This document shows, piece after piece, positions 35,201 to 48,300 of a DNA stretch of 64,000 bases. The first letter of the stretch is position 1. Each line of letters starts with the position of its first letter. Origin of the DNA: Cyanophora paradoxa CCMP329 (taxonomy: Eukaryota; Plantae; Glaucophyta); assembly GCA_004431415.1 (NCBI GenBank), contig QPMI01000010.1, positions 1 to 64,000 of the forward strand, read 5' to 3'. The position numbers and the translations under genes are program-made. The notes under the pieces were generated by a model. That model ran no database searches and was not told the DNA's origin. It worked only from the letters and a program-made list of their open reading frames with translations.

Positions 35201-37975
35201 ATCTGAAATAGTAAGACCACTTAGGTGGACTGGTTCATATAGCGCGCACTGATCTCGAGGACGACGACGGCGACGGCGACCGAGTGCGTCACCCCCGCGC
35301 ACAGCGCCGCCGCCCCTGCCGCCCCCCGCGCAGGTCAGCACGAGGCGCGGGAGAGGCGGTGCGGGGCGGTGGGGGGGGCGGTGGGAGGGGCGGTGGGAGG
35401 GGGCCGCCTTCGCGCTCGACTGCGTTTCGACTGCGTTCTCGGCCTCCTAGCAGGCAAGCAGATGCCACCCAGTCCCCGCTAGCCTTCCCCTCGCCTAGCC
35501 GCTAGCGGGGATCCCGGCCTCCTAGCTATCCGCTAGCTATCCTATCCAGCGGATCCCACCGCGCCCCCCACAGATGAGGGGGGTACTGGCGCACCGGCGA
35601 CGGCGTAGACGCCCGGGACGGCGGTGACGACGTCCGGGAACATCACCGCCGCCACCTCCCCGAACAGCCGCCCCAGCGCTGCGGGGGGGGGGGGGGGGGG
35701 GGGGGGGTGTAGAGGAGGAGGAGGAGGGGGGGAGGGGGAGGGGGGGTACCGGCGCCGGCGGTGAAGACGGGCACGAAGACGCCGCACGGGATCGGCAGCG
35801 CCGTCGCCAGCGCCGTCAGGAAGAACTGCCGGGGGGGGGGGTAAGGTGATTTAGGAGGGGGGATGAAGCCTTGAAGCTGGCAGAGCTGGCCCCGCACCCG
35901 AATGGAAACGAAGACGAGGAGTACGAAGAGCGGGTTCGCGGAAGTCTGGGGTACACGATTGTTAGAGGGGTACGTGGGCAGGGGGTAGGCGTGGGGGTGG
36001 GCGGGGGTACGGGCGGGCCTCGACGCCTTCGAGGGGGCTGTGCGCCCATTCGGGCAGCTTCTCGCCCTGGAACAGCTGGTTCATCGAGCTCTGGGGGTAC
36101 GGGAATCGGCGGGAAGCAGGGTACGATGAGCTTTGGGAGATGGGAGAAAGGATATCGCACGTGGTACTCGTTGCGAGCGAAGGAGCCGAAGGGAAAGCCT
36201 GGCGGGGGGACGAATCGCACGGGGGTACGGGATCACGAAAGGGAAGGGCTCGGGGGGTACCGAGGAGGGACGTCAGGAAGGCTGCGGCGACGGCGTCGCG
36301 CACGGCGCGGCCGGCGGGGGTACGGGGCGGCCGCCAGAGCAGCGCCCAGAACTCGCGGGCGTATCGGACGAGGGGGGAGGAGGAGGGCGCGGGGCCCGGG
36401 GCCTCCGGGGCCGGGGGCGCGGGCGCCCGCGAGCGGAGCTGGATAAGGGCGGAGGAGAGGGCCACGAACAGGGCGCCGGCTGCCCCGCAGATGACTCCGC
36501 ACAGGGCGAAGAGCAGGAGCTCGGCGGAGGGCTTCAGGTTCTGCGGGGGTACACAGCGTTTTATTTTGGGGGGCTACCGAATTGTGATTTGGGGGGTACG
36601 GACCTCGGCGGAGAACTCGGTCCACTCGAAGAGGGATACGAGGCCCGTCGTGCGGAACGTCGCGAACAGGACCGTCGCGACCTGTTGTTTTGGGGTACGG
36701 GATTCCTCAGAAGGGGGTACAGAGAATGTGGCGGGGGGTACGGGGCGCACCGCGGAGGCGAGGAAGCCCCACCAGAGGTCACGGACCTGCGCGGGGAGGG
36801 GGCGAGAAGGAGGGGGGTACCGTGTCAGCGCCGCGATCGGAAGGGGCGGGGGGTACGGCGCGCGCACGAAGAAGTGCGTGGACGTCACTTCGATGCTGAA
36901 CAGGACGCCGCCAACGGGCGTGCCTGGCGGGGGGTACGTCGTGAGCGGCGCTAGGGGAGGCTTCGGGGGGTACGCGGGCGGACCGAAGGCGGCCGTGATG
37001 CCGACGGCGCAGCCTGCCGCGAGCAACTGGGCGTAATTCATGGGGTTCTGCGAAAGAGTTGGGGGGAAAGAACACGTCAGATGTACAGAAAAGGCAAAGG
37101 GGGTACGGGCACGGTTGCGGGGGTACGGACCCGGAGGAAGCGGCCGCGGAAGGCGGGGAGGGAGCAGAGCCAGTGGGCCACGCAGGCGGCGGAGCTGACG
37201 AAGGGGCCCTCCTTCCCCACAAAGAGGCCTGCGGCGCGCGCGGATCAAATCGCGAAAGACTCCGCTCGCGCGCGGTCGGCCGGATCAAATCGCTCGTACC
37301 GGCCGCGAAGGAGCAGACGGTGCCCAGCAGCTTTGCGGCGGCGGTGCGCAGAGAGAGGAATCCCTCCAGGGGCACGCCCGTGAGCACGCTCTTCATCTTA
37401 GGGATGCCGGAGCCTGCGCGGGGCGGGCGGCTCGGCGCGGGGCCGCCGCGGGGCGCTTAGACACTCGTGGGGCGGACCGCGGCCGTGCGGGCTGATAAGG
37501 ATGGGGCACAGCGCCGCCAGCGCTGCGAACGTGCACGAGAAGAGCGTCCAGAGGAAGAATGACAGGAAGAAGTAGTCAGGGTAGACGATGAGCGCCTGGA
37601 CTGCGGGCGCGGCGCTCAGAACCAGACAGGGGAGAGCGCTGCGCCGCGCCCGAGCGCACGCCGGCGGAGCTGGTCGATGGAGAGGTCAACAAGGAAGGCG
37701 AGGCAGGCCATAACGGAGCCGAGGAGGATAAGCAGGACGAGCGTCAAGTACGTGCTCCGGCTCGACAGGTATCGCCCTGCCCGCTTGAGCCCGGGCGGCG
37801 GGTCCTCCTCCAGCGGCGGCGCCGTGCGCTCCAGCGTGTTCCATATGCACTGCCGCACGCGCGTCCCAAGGTCCTCCAAATCGCCGTCCGCCGTCGCCGG
37901 TGCTGGTTTTCGGTCTAAAGAAGCGTTGCGCGGCGCACTCGGTGCGCTCTGCAGCGCCTCGGCGCCGAGGTCCAT
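32287..37975 (-). CDS. CLC chloride channel with two CBS domains; multi-exon
   Basis: GSGIPKMK, GKEGPF, PVGGVLFSIEVT, PIPCGVFVPVF, GVYAVAG, GVTHSVAVAVVVLE, GQLHY, AVLVAYATADSLGRLSFYDELM, CBS1 (AMRPV; EGMRLLALVRR) and CBS2 (IDPCP; VHALFSLL...GRLRGVITR). Confidence 0.92.
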
Positions 37976-38129
37976 TGCGCTGTCCCGTGACCAGTGTACC
38001 CCAGCGGAGAAAAAGTCGCGTCCAAGTACGCAGCCGCTTAAGCTTCGATCGGGAGCCGGTGCGCTGCGAAACTCGCGCCGGCGCGAGCCGTGGCGCAGCT
38101 CGCCGACGCGCCGGGCGCAGGTCGCCGCG

Positions 38130-40286
38130 ATGTCGGGCCACTGGGACCCGCAGCAGCGAATTTTCGACGAGCTCAAGGCCCGCGAGAACCGCGGGAAGGG
38201 CGGCCTCGGCTTTGGCAGCCAAGAGAGCCGGCCGCCAGCGCCGTGCGCCCGCCCTCGCGTACGCGCGCGCGCGAGTGCCGATGTGCGGCTCACTCGAGCG
38301 CGCAATCAGGCCTCCTCGGGACGATCGCAGGCGCGAAGACGACAGGCGGCGGAGCAGGAGCAGGAGTCGGGAGCGGGACCACCGGCGCTCGGACCGGGAC
38401 CGGGAGCGCGACAGGAGACGAAGCAGGAGCCGCGAGCGCGACAGGAGGCGCAGCAGAAGCCGCGAGCGGGACAGGAGGCGAAGCAGGAGCCGGAGCCGAG
38501 ACCGCGAGCGGAGCGGCTCGCGCCGGGACCGCAGCCGCAGCCGCGAGCGTCGGGGGGACGGCCCGAGCAAGAAGGACGCGGGCGGCTCGAAGGGAGATGA
38601 TGCCAAGAAGAAGGAGGGCAAACCGGCAAAGGTCGGCGACGCCCCTAGCCGGCCTCGTCCCCTTTTCTGGCGGTCTGGATCTGATTCCGCGCCCCGGATC
38701 AGATCAATTGGAGCCAAGTGATCCCGGGGTACGACCAGATGCCCGAGCCGCAGAAGATGAAGGCCCGGACACGCTACCAGCTCGAGAACGTGCGCATGTC
38801 ATCCCGATTTGATCTCGAATTCGATCCGGTCCAAGATCGAATGGGGCGCAGGCGAGCAAGAGGGACACCGGCTCGTCGGACGGCGACTGGACGCGCTTCG
38901 GCGAGAGCGGCAACAGCGGCGACCTGCAGGCGCGCAGATTACCGTACCCCCCCTTTTCCCGCCACGAGTCGCGACCGACAGACGAGGCGCCGCCCACGCC
39001 CCGCAGGCGATGCAGGATCGGGCTCGGAGGCAGGAGGCCGCGCCCTTCTCCCGCGCCGCGGCCCCCGGCGCCGCAGACGCGCTCAAATTCGAAGCCATGT
39101 ACAAGAGGCGAGCGTTCCCCGGCCCCGCCCTGCCCCCGATTCGCGTACCCCGGCTGAGTTCGCCCCCCGTCCCGCAGCGCGGCGCGGGGGGGGAACGAGG
39201 CGGCCGTCCTCCGCATGAGCACCCTGGACGCCTACAAGAAGCAGGGTACGCCAATCCTTCGCAAACTTGAAGCTTCTCGGTCCCGGGTTCGAATCCGGGC
39301 AGAGGAGGACGGGCTCACGGACGCCGACCGCGAGCACGCGGCCGCGATCTTCGGGGGTACGTATACGCTTTTGCTGTTCTTCTCGAAGCGTTCTTTCGGA
39401 GCTGAGGAGCTGACCCGCGGGCAGGGCGGGCGGCGCCGCCGCCGAAGAGGCTGGCGGCGCCGGCGGGAGAGGAGGCGGGGGCGCGGAGCCCGGACCGGGG
39501 CGGCGGCGGAGGCGGCGGGAGCCCGCCGGCCGCCGCGGCCGCGGCGCCGCGCGTCGCCGTGGCCCCAGTGGCGGCGGCCGCCGCCGCCGCCGCCGCCGGC
39601 CTCTCCTGGAAGGACCGCCTGAAGCAAATGAAGGGCGGCGGCGCGGGCGCCGGCGAGGGCGCCGGCCCCGTACCCCCCGGACCCGGAGCCCAGCCGGTAC
39701 CCCCCGTCGAATACGACGCGGCCGGCTTCGCGAAGGGGGTGGACTACGCGAAGGTATGCGGGGGCTAGGGGGGAACATGGACCAAGCCTCAGACTCGGAT
39801 CGGATCTGACTCGGGCGGCTCGGCTCAGATCGCGGAGGAGGCGAAGCGGCGGCGGCGGTCGGACAGCGACAGCGACAGCGACAGGCGCGTTCGCTCGCTC
39901 GCTCGCCTTTGGCTCTCCTTTGGCTCTTAATTTAATTAGTCTTATCTGAAAATCGTAATCTGATCCAACTCGGTTCTCTCTCTCGCTGACGCGGGCGCGG
40001 GGAAGCAGTGAGGACGAGCGGCGGAGGCGGAGGCGGAGGGAGTCACCTCCGCGCTCGGGCGGCGAGGAGGAGGGGGAGGGGGGTGCTCCAAGGGGCGGGC
40101 TCGGGTCGGGGGAGGTGCGAGCCTTCTTCGTTTCACCTGATCCGAACCTGATCTCTGATCGAACGGGTCGGGTTTCGTGGCGCACCTCAGGCGGGGCCCG
40201 GGGCATCGGCGGCGGCGGCGGCGTCAGCGGCGGGCCTGCCCGACGCGCGGCCCGCCGTGAGCTTCAGCTTTGGCGGCAGACGGTGA
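38130..40286 (+). CDS. Arg/Ser(Asp)-rich nuclear protein, probably splicing-associated; multi-exon
   Basis: ATG 155 bp from the divergent CLC start. GKGGLGF, long RSRSRERDRRR tract, PGYDQMPEPQKMKARTRYQL, HAAAIFG, LSWKDRL, ending VSFSFGGRR*. Confidence 0.7.
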
Positions 40287-40616
40287 CCGCAGCAGAAAGC
40301 TTCTCTTTCGGAGCGCCGGCGCCAGCTGTAGCGGCCAAGTAGCTAGGCCTAGTCCTAGGCTGGCGCCCGGCCGCTAGGGTTGCGCTCGTGCACTTGAATC
40401 TGAAACGTTAACACTCTAGATCTGGAACGCACGATCCTATGAGGAACGCTAGTTATAACAGAGCACTATACAAAGAAAGAAATCACTGCATATCGACGAA
40501 AGCGAAATCAAGAGCTTAAGAAAACTGGACTGAGCTCTACATGGGCTGTCCTAGAACGCTGGGAAGCGGCGCCAAGAGACGCCAACTAGAACCGAGGGGA
40601 CATTATAAAATTAGAT

Positions 40617-41198
40617 CTAGAAGAGCTCGCCTGAGAAGGGGTCCGAGCCTTCGTCGCCGCCCTCGGCCAGGAGGGCGTACCGGAGCGCCGCGTCCCGCCG
40701 CGCCCGCTCCTCCGCCTCGTCCCGGCTCGGCTCGTAAAGCGACTCGTTCGCGGCCTCCCACGCCGCGGCGCGGTGGGCGAGCGCCGGCGAGGCGCGGCAG
40801 GAGGCGCAGGGGACGAGGCCGGCGGCCTCGGCCTCGCGCCAGCTCGGGAGGCGGAGGAGATCCGAGCGGAAGGGCGAGGCGATGATTTGGAGGGCGGAGG
40901 CGCCGGAGGGCGCCGCGTGGACGCGGACGCAGTCGGCGCGGTGGTAGCTGGGCGAGTCGGGCGCGGCGTAGCGCCCGGCCTCGTCCCCGATGCGCGGGCC
41001 GGAGGGATCTGGGGGCGGCGAGGGCGCCGGAGACCGCTTCTGCGCGGGGAATCTGTGGGCGCGAGCGGCGCGGGGCGCCGGGGCGGCGGGGCGCACGGGC
41101 GAGAGGCCCGGGTGCGCATCGTCGAGCTCCAGCGGGCGCTTGTCGCGCGCCGCTCGGCCCGGCGACGCGCGCAGCGGGCTCAGCATCTCGACCTGCAT
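40617..41198 (-). CDS. Small protein with an Ada-type metal-binding motif
   Basis: YHRADC...WREAEAAGLVPCASC resembles the Ada Zn-binding domain (YH-x-x-x-C...EAEAAG-x-x-PC-x-x-C). Probably has one in-frame intron. Confidence 0.6.
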   Translation of the reverse strand: MQVEMLSPLRASPGRAARDKRPLELDDAHPGLSPVRPAAPAPRAARAHRFPAQKRSPAPSPPPDPSGPRIGDEAGRYAAPDSPSYHRADCVRVHAAPSGASALQIIASPFRSDLLRLPSWREAEAAGLVPCASCRASPALAHRAAAWEAANESLYEPSRDEAEERARRDAALRYALLAEGGDEGSDPFSGELF

Positions 41199-41885
41199 CG
41201 CTCGACGCCGGCCGCCTGCGGAGCTCCCTTCGATCAGAAGCTCGCGCGGTGACGAGCGTGCGGCGCCGCGCGCGGGCACGGCATGCGCATCGGCCGGGCC
41301 AAATTCGAGACCTCGCTAGCTACGAGCTCCCCCCGGCTTGCTAGTGGCGGGATTGAGGTCTAGGGGTCTCTTACGCGTGCGGGGGACCGGGCTGATACGA
41401 GTTCCCGCGCACCGTAAGTTCGCAACGCTCGGCCGGCCGAACCTGGTAGGGGCCGTGCGGCGAATACGTTGCGACTCTGAACTTGCGAGCCACTCGAGCT
41501 CAAGTGTCCCAATGAGAAGATGCTTAGCGCTGCTGGCGCGCGGGTCTGATCGCGCGCGGCGCTGCACGTGAGTTCCCGCGGGAGGGTTACGGCCGCTAGC
41601 TGTGTCACAACATGCGCACCAGATCTCGCTTCGTGCTCGCCGGGCTACTGGAGGACTGCTTTGCGAGCTGAGGCAAGCCACCGGTTTCACGTACCCCATC
41701 CGCGCGGGAGTAACCGGGGAGTTTCGGTCGTCGAACGAAGCCCTTACAGACGCGCCAGGCACATCTTTGAGGACGCGAGGCGACTAGTAAGCAGCGTAGC
41801 GTAATACCAGGCGTCAGCGAGGCATCGGATGAGCGCGTGAGCCCCGATCTGATTCCCAGGCGAGCGGCGAACGCGGCGGCTCAAA

Positions 41886-44197
41886 ATGGACTTCAGTGCG
41901 CCGCCTGCCTCCTGAATATCGCACCGGCTCGCCCCCGATACTCAGCGCCGCTCAGGCGAGGCGTACAAGGGCGCGTTGCAGGCGTGGTCGCGGGACGGGC
42001 GCTACCTCGCGGTCGCCGTAGAGTACCGCCTGGTGCGCAGCGACCGCGGTCGCACAGCGCTCCCGCGCTTCCGGCGGCGAGCGGCGGGCCGCAGGTGGTG
42101 CGCGACGTGGAGACGCTGCAGATCGTGCAGGCGTTCACGTGCCAGGACGCCATCAGCGAAGTCGAGTGGTCCGCCGACTCGAAGTACATCCTGTGCGCCC
42201 TCTACAAGCGCTCCCTCGTACAGGCCCGCCGCCTCCGCTCGCCCTCCTGCCCGCCTTCTTGGCGCGCGGCGAGCTTCCTCGCGTGATCATGACGCGGCGT
42301 GCAGATATGGTCGGTGGAGCAGCCGGACTGGTACTGCAAGATCGACGAGGGCCCGGCGCGCATCGTCTACGCGCGCTGGAGCCCCGACGGCAGGCACGTT
42401 CTCACCGTCGCCGACTTCCAGGTACCCCTGCCGTCCGCCTGGTCAGCGGCGGCCCGTCCTGTACCCCTCAGCCCCGCGCAGGTTCGGCTCGCGGTCTGGT
42501 CGCTCGTGAACAAGTCATGCACGCATATCAAGTACCCTAAGTTCGGCTCCGCGGCCGGTGCGCGTACCCCGGACCGAACCGGCGACCAGCCGGCCCCTCC
42601 CGACGCCGCGCCTCGCCGCAGGCATAGATTTCAGCAAGGACGGGCGGTGGATGGCCCTCGCGGTGAGGCGAGACTGCAAGGACTACGTGCAGATCTACGC
42701 CTGCGACACTTGGGAGCTAGTCAAGGTGCCCGAGCCTCGTACCCCCCTGCTTTCGCCGCAGGCGAGCGGGGGTACGTCGCCGCAGCAATTCCAGGTGGAC
42801 ACGACGGACCTGGCGGGGCTCTCGTGGTCCCCCGACGGGTACCACATCTGCGTCTGGGATACGCCGACCGAGGTCCGCCGCCCCCCGAACCCGTGACCTT
42901 AGCTCGGCCCTGATGGTTCGTCGTACCCCCGTAGTACAAGGTGTTGGTCTACGTTCCGGACGGCACCCTCGCGAGCAAGTACCAGGCGCGCCGCCCGTAC
43001 CCCTGCCGCGATCCGTACCCGGGGCCGATGGTCCTGTGCCCGGCAGGCGTACGAGAACGCGCTGGGGGTACGCTGCGTGTCTTGGTCTCCAAAAAGCGAA
43101 ATGCTGGCGGTCGGCAGCTACGACTCGAAGGCGTGCCGCCCCCTCCCGCGCCCCGCGTACCCCCCGCTCAGCGCGGGGTACAGGCGCGCCTCCTCAACAG
43201 CATGACGTGGCGGCCTATCAGCGACCTTCCGCACGGGACCCGCATCACGGCCGCCGGCACAGTGCGCTCCCGCTCGCCCCCTCGCGCCCCTGTACCCCTT
43301 ATCGACGAGGGGGGTACGCGGCAGATCGTGTACCGGGAGGTGCCCTCGGCTGCACCCAACGCCGCCGCCGCAGACGCCGCTGCGCTGCGCACGAAGTGTA
43401 CGTGCCTCTACCCCCGTGACCTCGGTACCCCCGCCCTTGACCATGGTACCCCCCAGACGTCGTTGCGGACCCGCCTGTGCCGGTATCGGAGGTCAAGCCG
43501 GAGACGGGTAAGCCGAACCCGAAGCTGGGGGTACAGCAGTGCTCGTGGGACCCCACCGGCCGCTTCCTCCTTTGCCGCAACGGTGCGCGGGGGTACCGCG
43601 TAGCGCGGGGGCGCCGGCCGACGGGCACGCGCGCAGAGAGCACGCCAAGCGCGGCGTGGGTGTGGGACGTGGGCCGCCTGAGCCCCGCGGCGGTCCTCAT
43701 TCAGCTTCAGGTGAGCCGCGCGGGCCGCCGGCCCCCCTGCCGGGCCCGATGAGACTCTGATCCCGGGGCCCCGCAGGCGATCAAGGCGGCCGCGTGGGAC
43801 CCTGTGCGGCCCCGCTTAGCCCTCGCGACGGGTACGCGAAAGCGTGTTCTTCCGCCTCCCTCCTCCCCCATTTTCGGCGCAGGGAACGGCAAGGTGTTCC
43901 TGTGGACCCCGGAGGGCGCCTCCTGCGTCGACGTACCCCTCGGTGCGCGGGCAGCTCGGGGGCAGTGTACCCACCGCAGGGACTGACGTACCCCCTGCAG
44001 CCAAGTTCGCAGTACAGTCGCTGCAGTGGAGCCCCGACGGCGGCTGCCTGCTCCTCCGCGACCGGTTCGCCACCCGCTCTGTACCCCGCCCGAAGCGGCG
44101 TACCCCCGACGCCCCCCGGTTCCGCAGGGAGCGCTTCAGCGTCGCCTTCATGGTACCCGAGCGGGTCGTGAACGGCGAGGAGGCGCTCGGAGCCTGA
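41886..44197 (+). CDS. WRAP73: WD repeat protein WRAP73/WDR8 (centriole/cilium); multi-exon
   Basis: MDFS...[110 protein letters not shown]. Confidence 0.93.
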
Positions 44198-44547
44198 GGC
44201 GGCTCCTGGCGCGGGGCCGCCGAGCATAGCACTAGTACTGGAGTTGATTTGATTCAAAACCTTCTGGAACTCGCCCCGCGGCACTGCGGCAGCTGCAGTG
44301 TTCGGGGGAGCCGCCGGTCCTCGAGCTCAGGGCCTACGGAACGCGCCTGCATATCGGCGGTCTGTAGACCTAGAAGAGGGAGGCGTTTTAGGGGGGCTTC
44401 ACATATGGGTTAACTCATTGCTCACATTCTAGACACACGACACAGCGTACTTCTTAAATGAAAGGCGACAGACATTATGACATTAGTATTACAGCTGCAG
44501 CATTATATGAAGGGGGTCCGGGCCGGAAGCTAAGGCATCCAGAGCAC

Positions 44548-45000
44548 CTAAAGCTCCTTGTCGGACGTGTACACGACCTGCGGCGGCGGCGGCCCGGGCG
44601 GCCGCGGGCGGTCAGATCTAGAAGACGACGTCGACTCGGAGGCCGCGGCCGATATCGGGCCGGGGGCCGGGCCGGCACGCGCTGGATCGCGCTCGGATTC
44701 GCGCACCTCAGCCTGGAGGAGTTCGTCGGCGTCGGCCTCGAGGAGCTCACCCTCGCCCATGGCGAAGAGCCCGTCGGGGAGGGCGGCAACGGCCGCGCCT
44801 TCGGACGTGCAGGCGGCGTCCGCCAGCGCCTGCTCGATCATCTCCGTCTCATTCTCGACCTGCCGCGCCGCGACGTACGCGAACGCGTCGCGTCAGACCG
44901 CGCCGACAGCCACAATCATGCTGCCACGCTGGCACCGAGTCTCCTCGTCGGTCTGCCTGCAGATGTACCGCCCCTTCGACCAGCGGCAACGCGACGACAT
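44548..45000 (-). CDS. Possible 3' exons of a small unknown gene
   Basis: Acidic protein-like segment (VENETEMIEQALADAAC...ELLEADADELLQAE) with plausible splice sites. Confidence 0.3.
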
Positions 45001-45385
45001 CGTACGAGCCGCTGACTCAGCTGCAGTGAGCACGATCCGGATGGATCGAGGTGGGGCCCGGCGCGCGCTCGACGCCAACTGTACCCCCACATGTACAGCA
45101 CTTGTCCCCCGGCCAACTTGCAGCTGCAGCAAGTTCTTGAATCGAAGTCCTGAAGGCCAACGCTCGCGTTCTCTTCCAGCGGGCTAGCGCTGCTGCGGGC
45201 TGCGGGCGTCGTCACAGCGCTGCACAACCGCGACAGCAGCAAATGCAGCAGCGAGCTTAGCTTGCAGCCGCGGAGCTGTCGGGTTGCCCGGCGCGCGCTG
45301 ACTTTCGCCGGCTTCGCGTTTCGAATTCCCCGCGACACGCGCGCAAGAGCGCGCCCGCTCTCAGCTGCAGGACGTGCCCATATGT

Positions 45386-48300
45386 ATGGAAGCTCGTCAG
45401 GGTGGGCCGCATCAGCAGCCGCTCGTGCACGGCGTCCCGGTACAGGATGGGCCCCACCAGCTGCCGATCGTGCACGGCGTGTCGGTAGCTGTAGATCTAG
45501 AACCTGTAGATCTACCATGTTCAGCCACGCATGCTGGAGCTCCCCGGGCGGTCCCGGCCCCCTCGGCCGCGCGCAGGGACGGTCTAGATCTGCTGGCCCA
45601 GAAGCGCGTCGTGCGCATCTTCGTCTCCTCGACCTTCCGTGCGCGCGCGCGGGGCCGCGGCTGGCGCCGGCGCGGGCCGCCGAGCGACCTTCCTGATCAT
45701 GACGTGAACCGCGACCCCGGCCCGGCCCGGGCTTGCCGTTCGCAGAGGACATGCAGGCGGAGCGGGACGCCATCCGGAGCTTCGTGAACCCGACGCTGAA
45801 GGCGGTATGCGCGGAGCGCGGGCTCTTCTTCCACTGCGTCGATCTCAGGCCCGCCCTGTGCTTTGATTTGATCTTGGCCCCTGGACCGGATTCCCCGAAC
45901 TGACGCCGTGCGCCGCAGGTGGGGCATCAACGAGGAGGCGTGCCAGGCGGGCGAGGTGACTCTCCTGTGCCTGCGGGAGGTCTTCCGCAGCACGCACTTC
46001 GTCGGCCTACTCAAGGTGCCGCCCTTCGCTTCGCGCCGAGAGCCAGACTGCACGTGCTCCTGCCGACGCGACGCAAGACAGGCTCGATACGGGTGGCACC
46101 TGCGGCCCGACGCCCCTGCTGGCGACAAGGACAACGCATCCTTCTGTCGGTGCTTCCCCGCTGCTCCCCGCGCCGGCAACCGCCGCCACTGGTGACGTGG
46201 GCGGCGCTCATGATCATATGAGCAGGAACCTCGAGCGAGCCTCGGAGGAGTTCCCCTGGGTGCGGGGCTGGGAGGACCGCAGCGTCACCGAGATCGGTGC
46301 GCTCGCTTATCAAAAGTGGGCTCGCTCCAAGGCCGCCGCCGTCTTCTGAGCACGCCGCTGGACCGCGCGCGCGCGCGCAGAGATTCGATCGTGTGTGCTT
46401 GGCGGCGCGGAGCAGCCCGGAGGGACGGGCCCCCCAGCCTCGAGACTAGAGGTGCGGCTCAGTTCGTCCCGGCCCGCTCCTGCCCGCCTCCTGTCTTTCC
46501 CGCCGCCGTCTCAGCCGCCGCGATGGCCAGGCGATGCGCGGCAAGAGCTTGTTCTACGTGGCCGGGCCGGAGCTGATGCGTGACGCGGTCTCCACGGGCG
46601 GCGGATTTGTGGAGGGGTCCTACGCCGAGCAGCGCCTGGAGGCGTTGAATGGCGCGATACGGGCCGCGGGCCTGCCCGTCGCAGAGTACGACGATCCCCA
46701 GCGGCTCGCCCTCGCCATGCGCGACGCCCTCAAGTCGGTGCGCACGTACCCAGGCGTGAACCAGCGGCCGCGCAGCCGCGCTCTGACTGCGGTCGCAGAT
46801 GCTGGAGCGGGAGTACCCCCTACAGGGCGCACGACCCTGGCTCGAGGCCGAGCGGGCGCAGCACGAGGCGTTCGCGGCGTCGCGGCAGCGCGTCTTCGTG
46901 CGCAGCGCAGAGGACATGGACGCGCTGAGCGCCTACGCGGCGGCCTCGGGTCCTGAAATCTTCCTCCTCCACGGCGAGGGCGGCTGCGGCAAGAGCGGTT
47001 CGCTCCGTGCACGCGCGCGGCTCTGTCCCTCGACCGCCGACGCCAGGGCCGCGCAGCGCTTCTCGCGAACTGGTCCCGAGAGTGGGCGGCATCGTACCCC
47101 GACGACCTGGTGATCGTGCACTTCATCGGCGGATCCCAGAGCAGTTCTCTGCTCGCGTCGATCGCCCGGTCTGCGCCGCGTATCCCCCTCGGCGCCCACG
47201 TCCCGCCGACTAATACGAGGCTGCCCGTAGGCGCGTCAGCAGGGAAGTCCGGGCTCGGTGGCCGGCGGCGAAGGCCCTCGGACTGCGCGGCACGGATGCG
47301 AAGGTGGCGGCGCGCCTGAGCGCCTTCCTCGAAGCCAGCGCCGCCGGCTGGCCCTTTCGCGTCCTCCTCGTCCTGGACGGCCTGGATCAGCTGCGGGGCG
47401 ACCCGGCCGTGCACAGCCTTGCGTGGCTCCCGCCCGCCGCCGGCCCCCGCCTCCGCATCCTCGTCTCGAGCCTGCGCGGTGCGGCTTCCGTTGCAGCTGA
47501 GCCTCGGCGCCTCGCCAACGCGGCCCGGCAGGCCCGACCCTGGACGCCGCGATGGCGAGGGCGCACATTGCCCGCGAGATCGCGCCCCTCACGGAGCCCC
47601 GGCGTCGGAGGCTGGTCGAGGGCGCGCTCTGCGAGCAGGGGCGCGCCCTCTCCACGCATCGCCTCGAGCGCATCGTGCGGGCGGAGGCGTGCCGCAACCC
47701 ACTCTTCCTCACCGTCCTCCTCGACGAGCTCTCGAACGTCTCCGTCCACGCGAAACTCGACGCCGACATCGGCGCGCTCCTCGGCTGCGGGGGCGGGCCG
47801 CGGGACCTCTTCCGCCTCGTCCTGCGCCGCCTCGCCGCGCGCCACGGCGTCTCCCTCGTGGGGGACGTCGCCTCGGCCATCGTGTGCGCCCGGCACGGGA
47901 TGGCGGAGGGCGAGCTCATGGCCTTCGTCGGCTTGGACGCCGCCGGCCGGCCGCTCGAGCTCGCGATCGATCGCGAGGTGTCTTGGAGCCTGTTCTGGCA
48001 CGACTTCCTGGGGCTCGTCGTCTGCCTCGACGGCCTGTACGCCTTCTTCCACCGCTGCACGGCAGAGGCGGCCGAGCTCGAGTTCGGCCTCGCGGGCGAG
48101 CTCGAGGGGTCCGCCGAGCGGCGGGCGGCCGTCCACGCGCGGCTGGGCGAGTTCTTCGCCGCGCAGCCCGCCTCGCAGCGGCGCGCGGAGGAGGGCCCGT
48201 GGGCGCTGGCGCGGGGCGGGCCCGACTCGGCCGAGCGCCTGGCGGACGTCCTGTGCGACGCCGACGTCCTCAAGTGGTCGGACGGCTACGAGCTGGTGGA

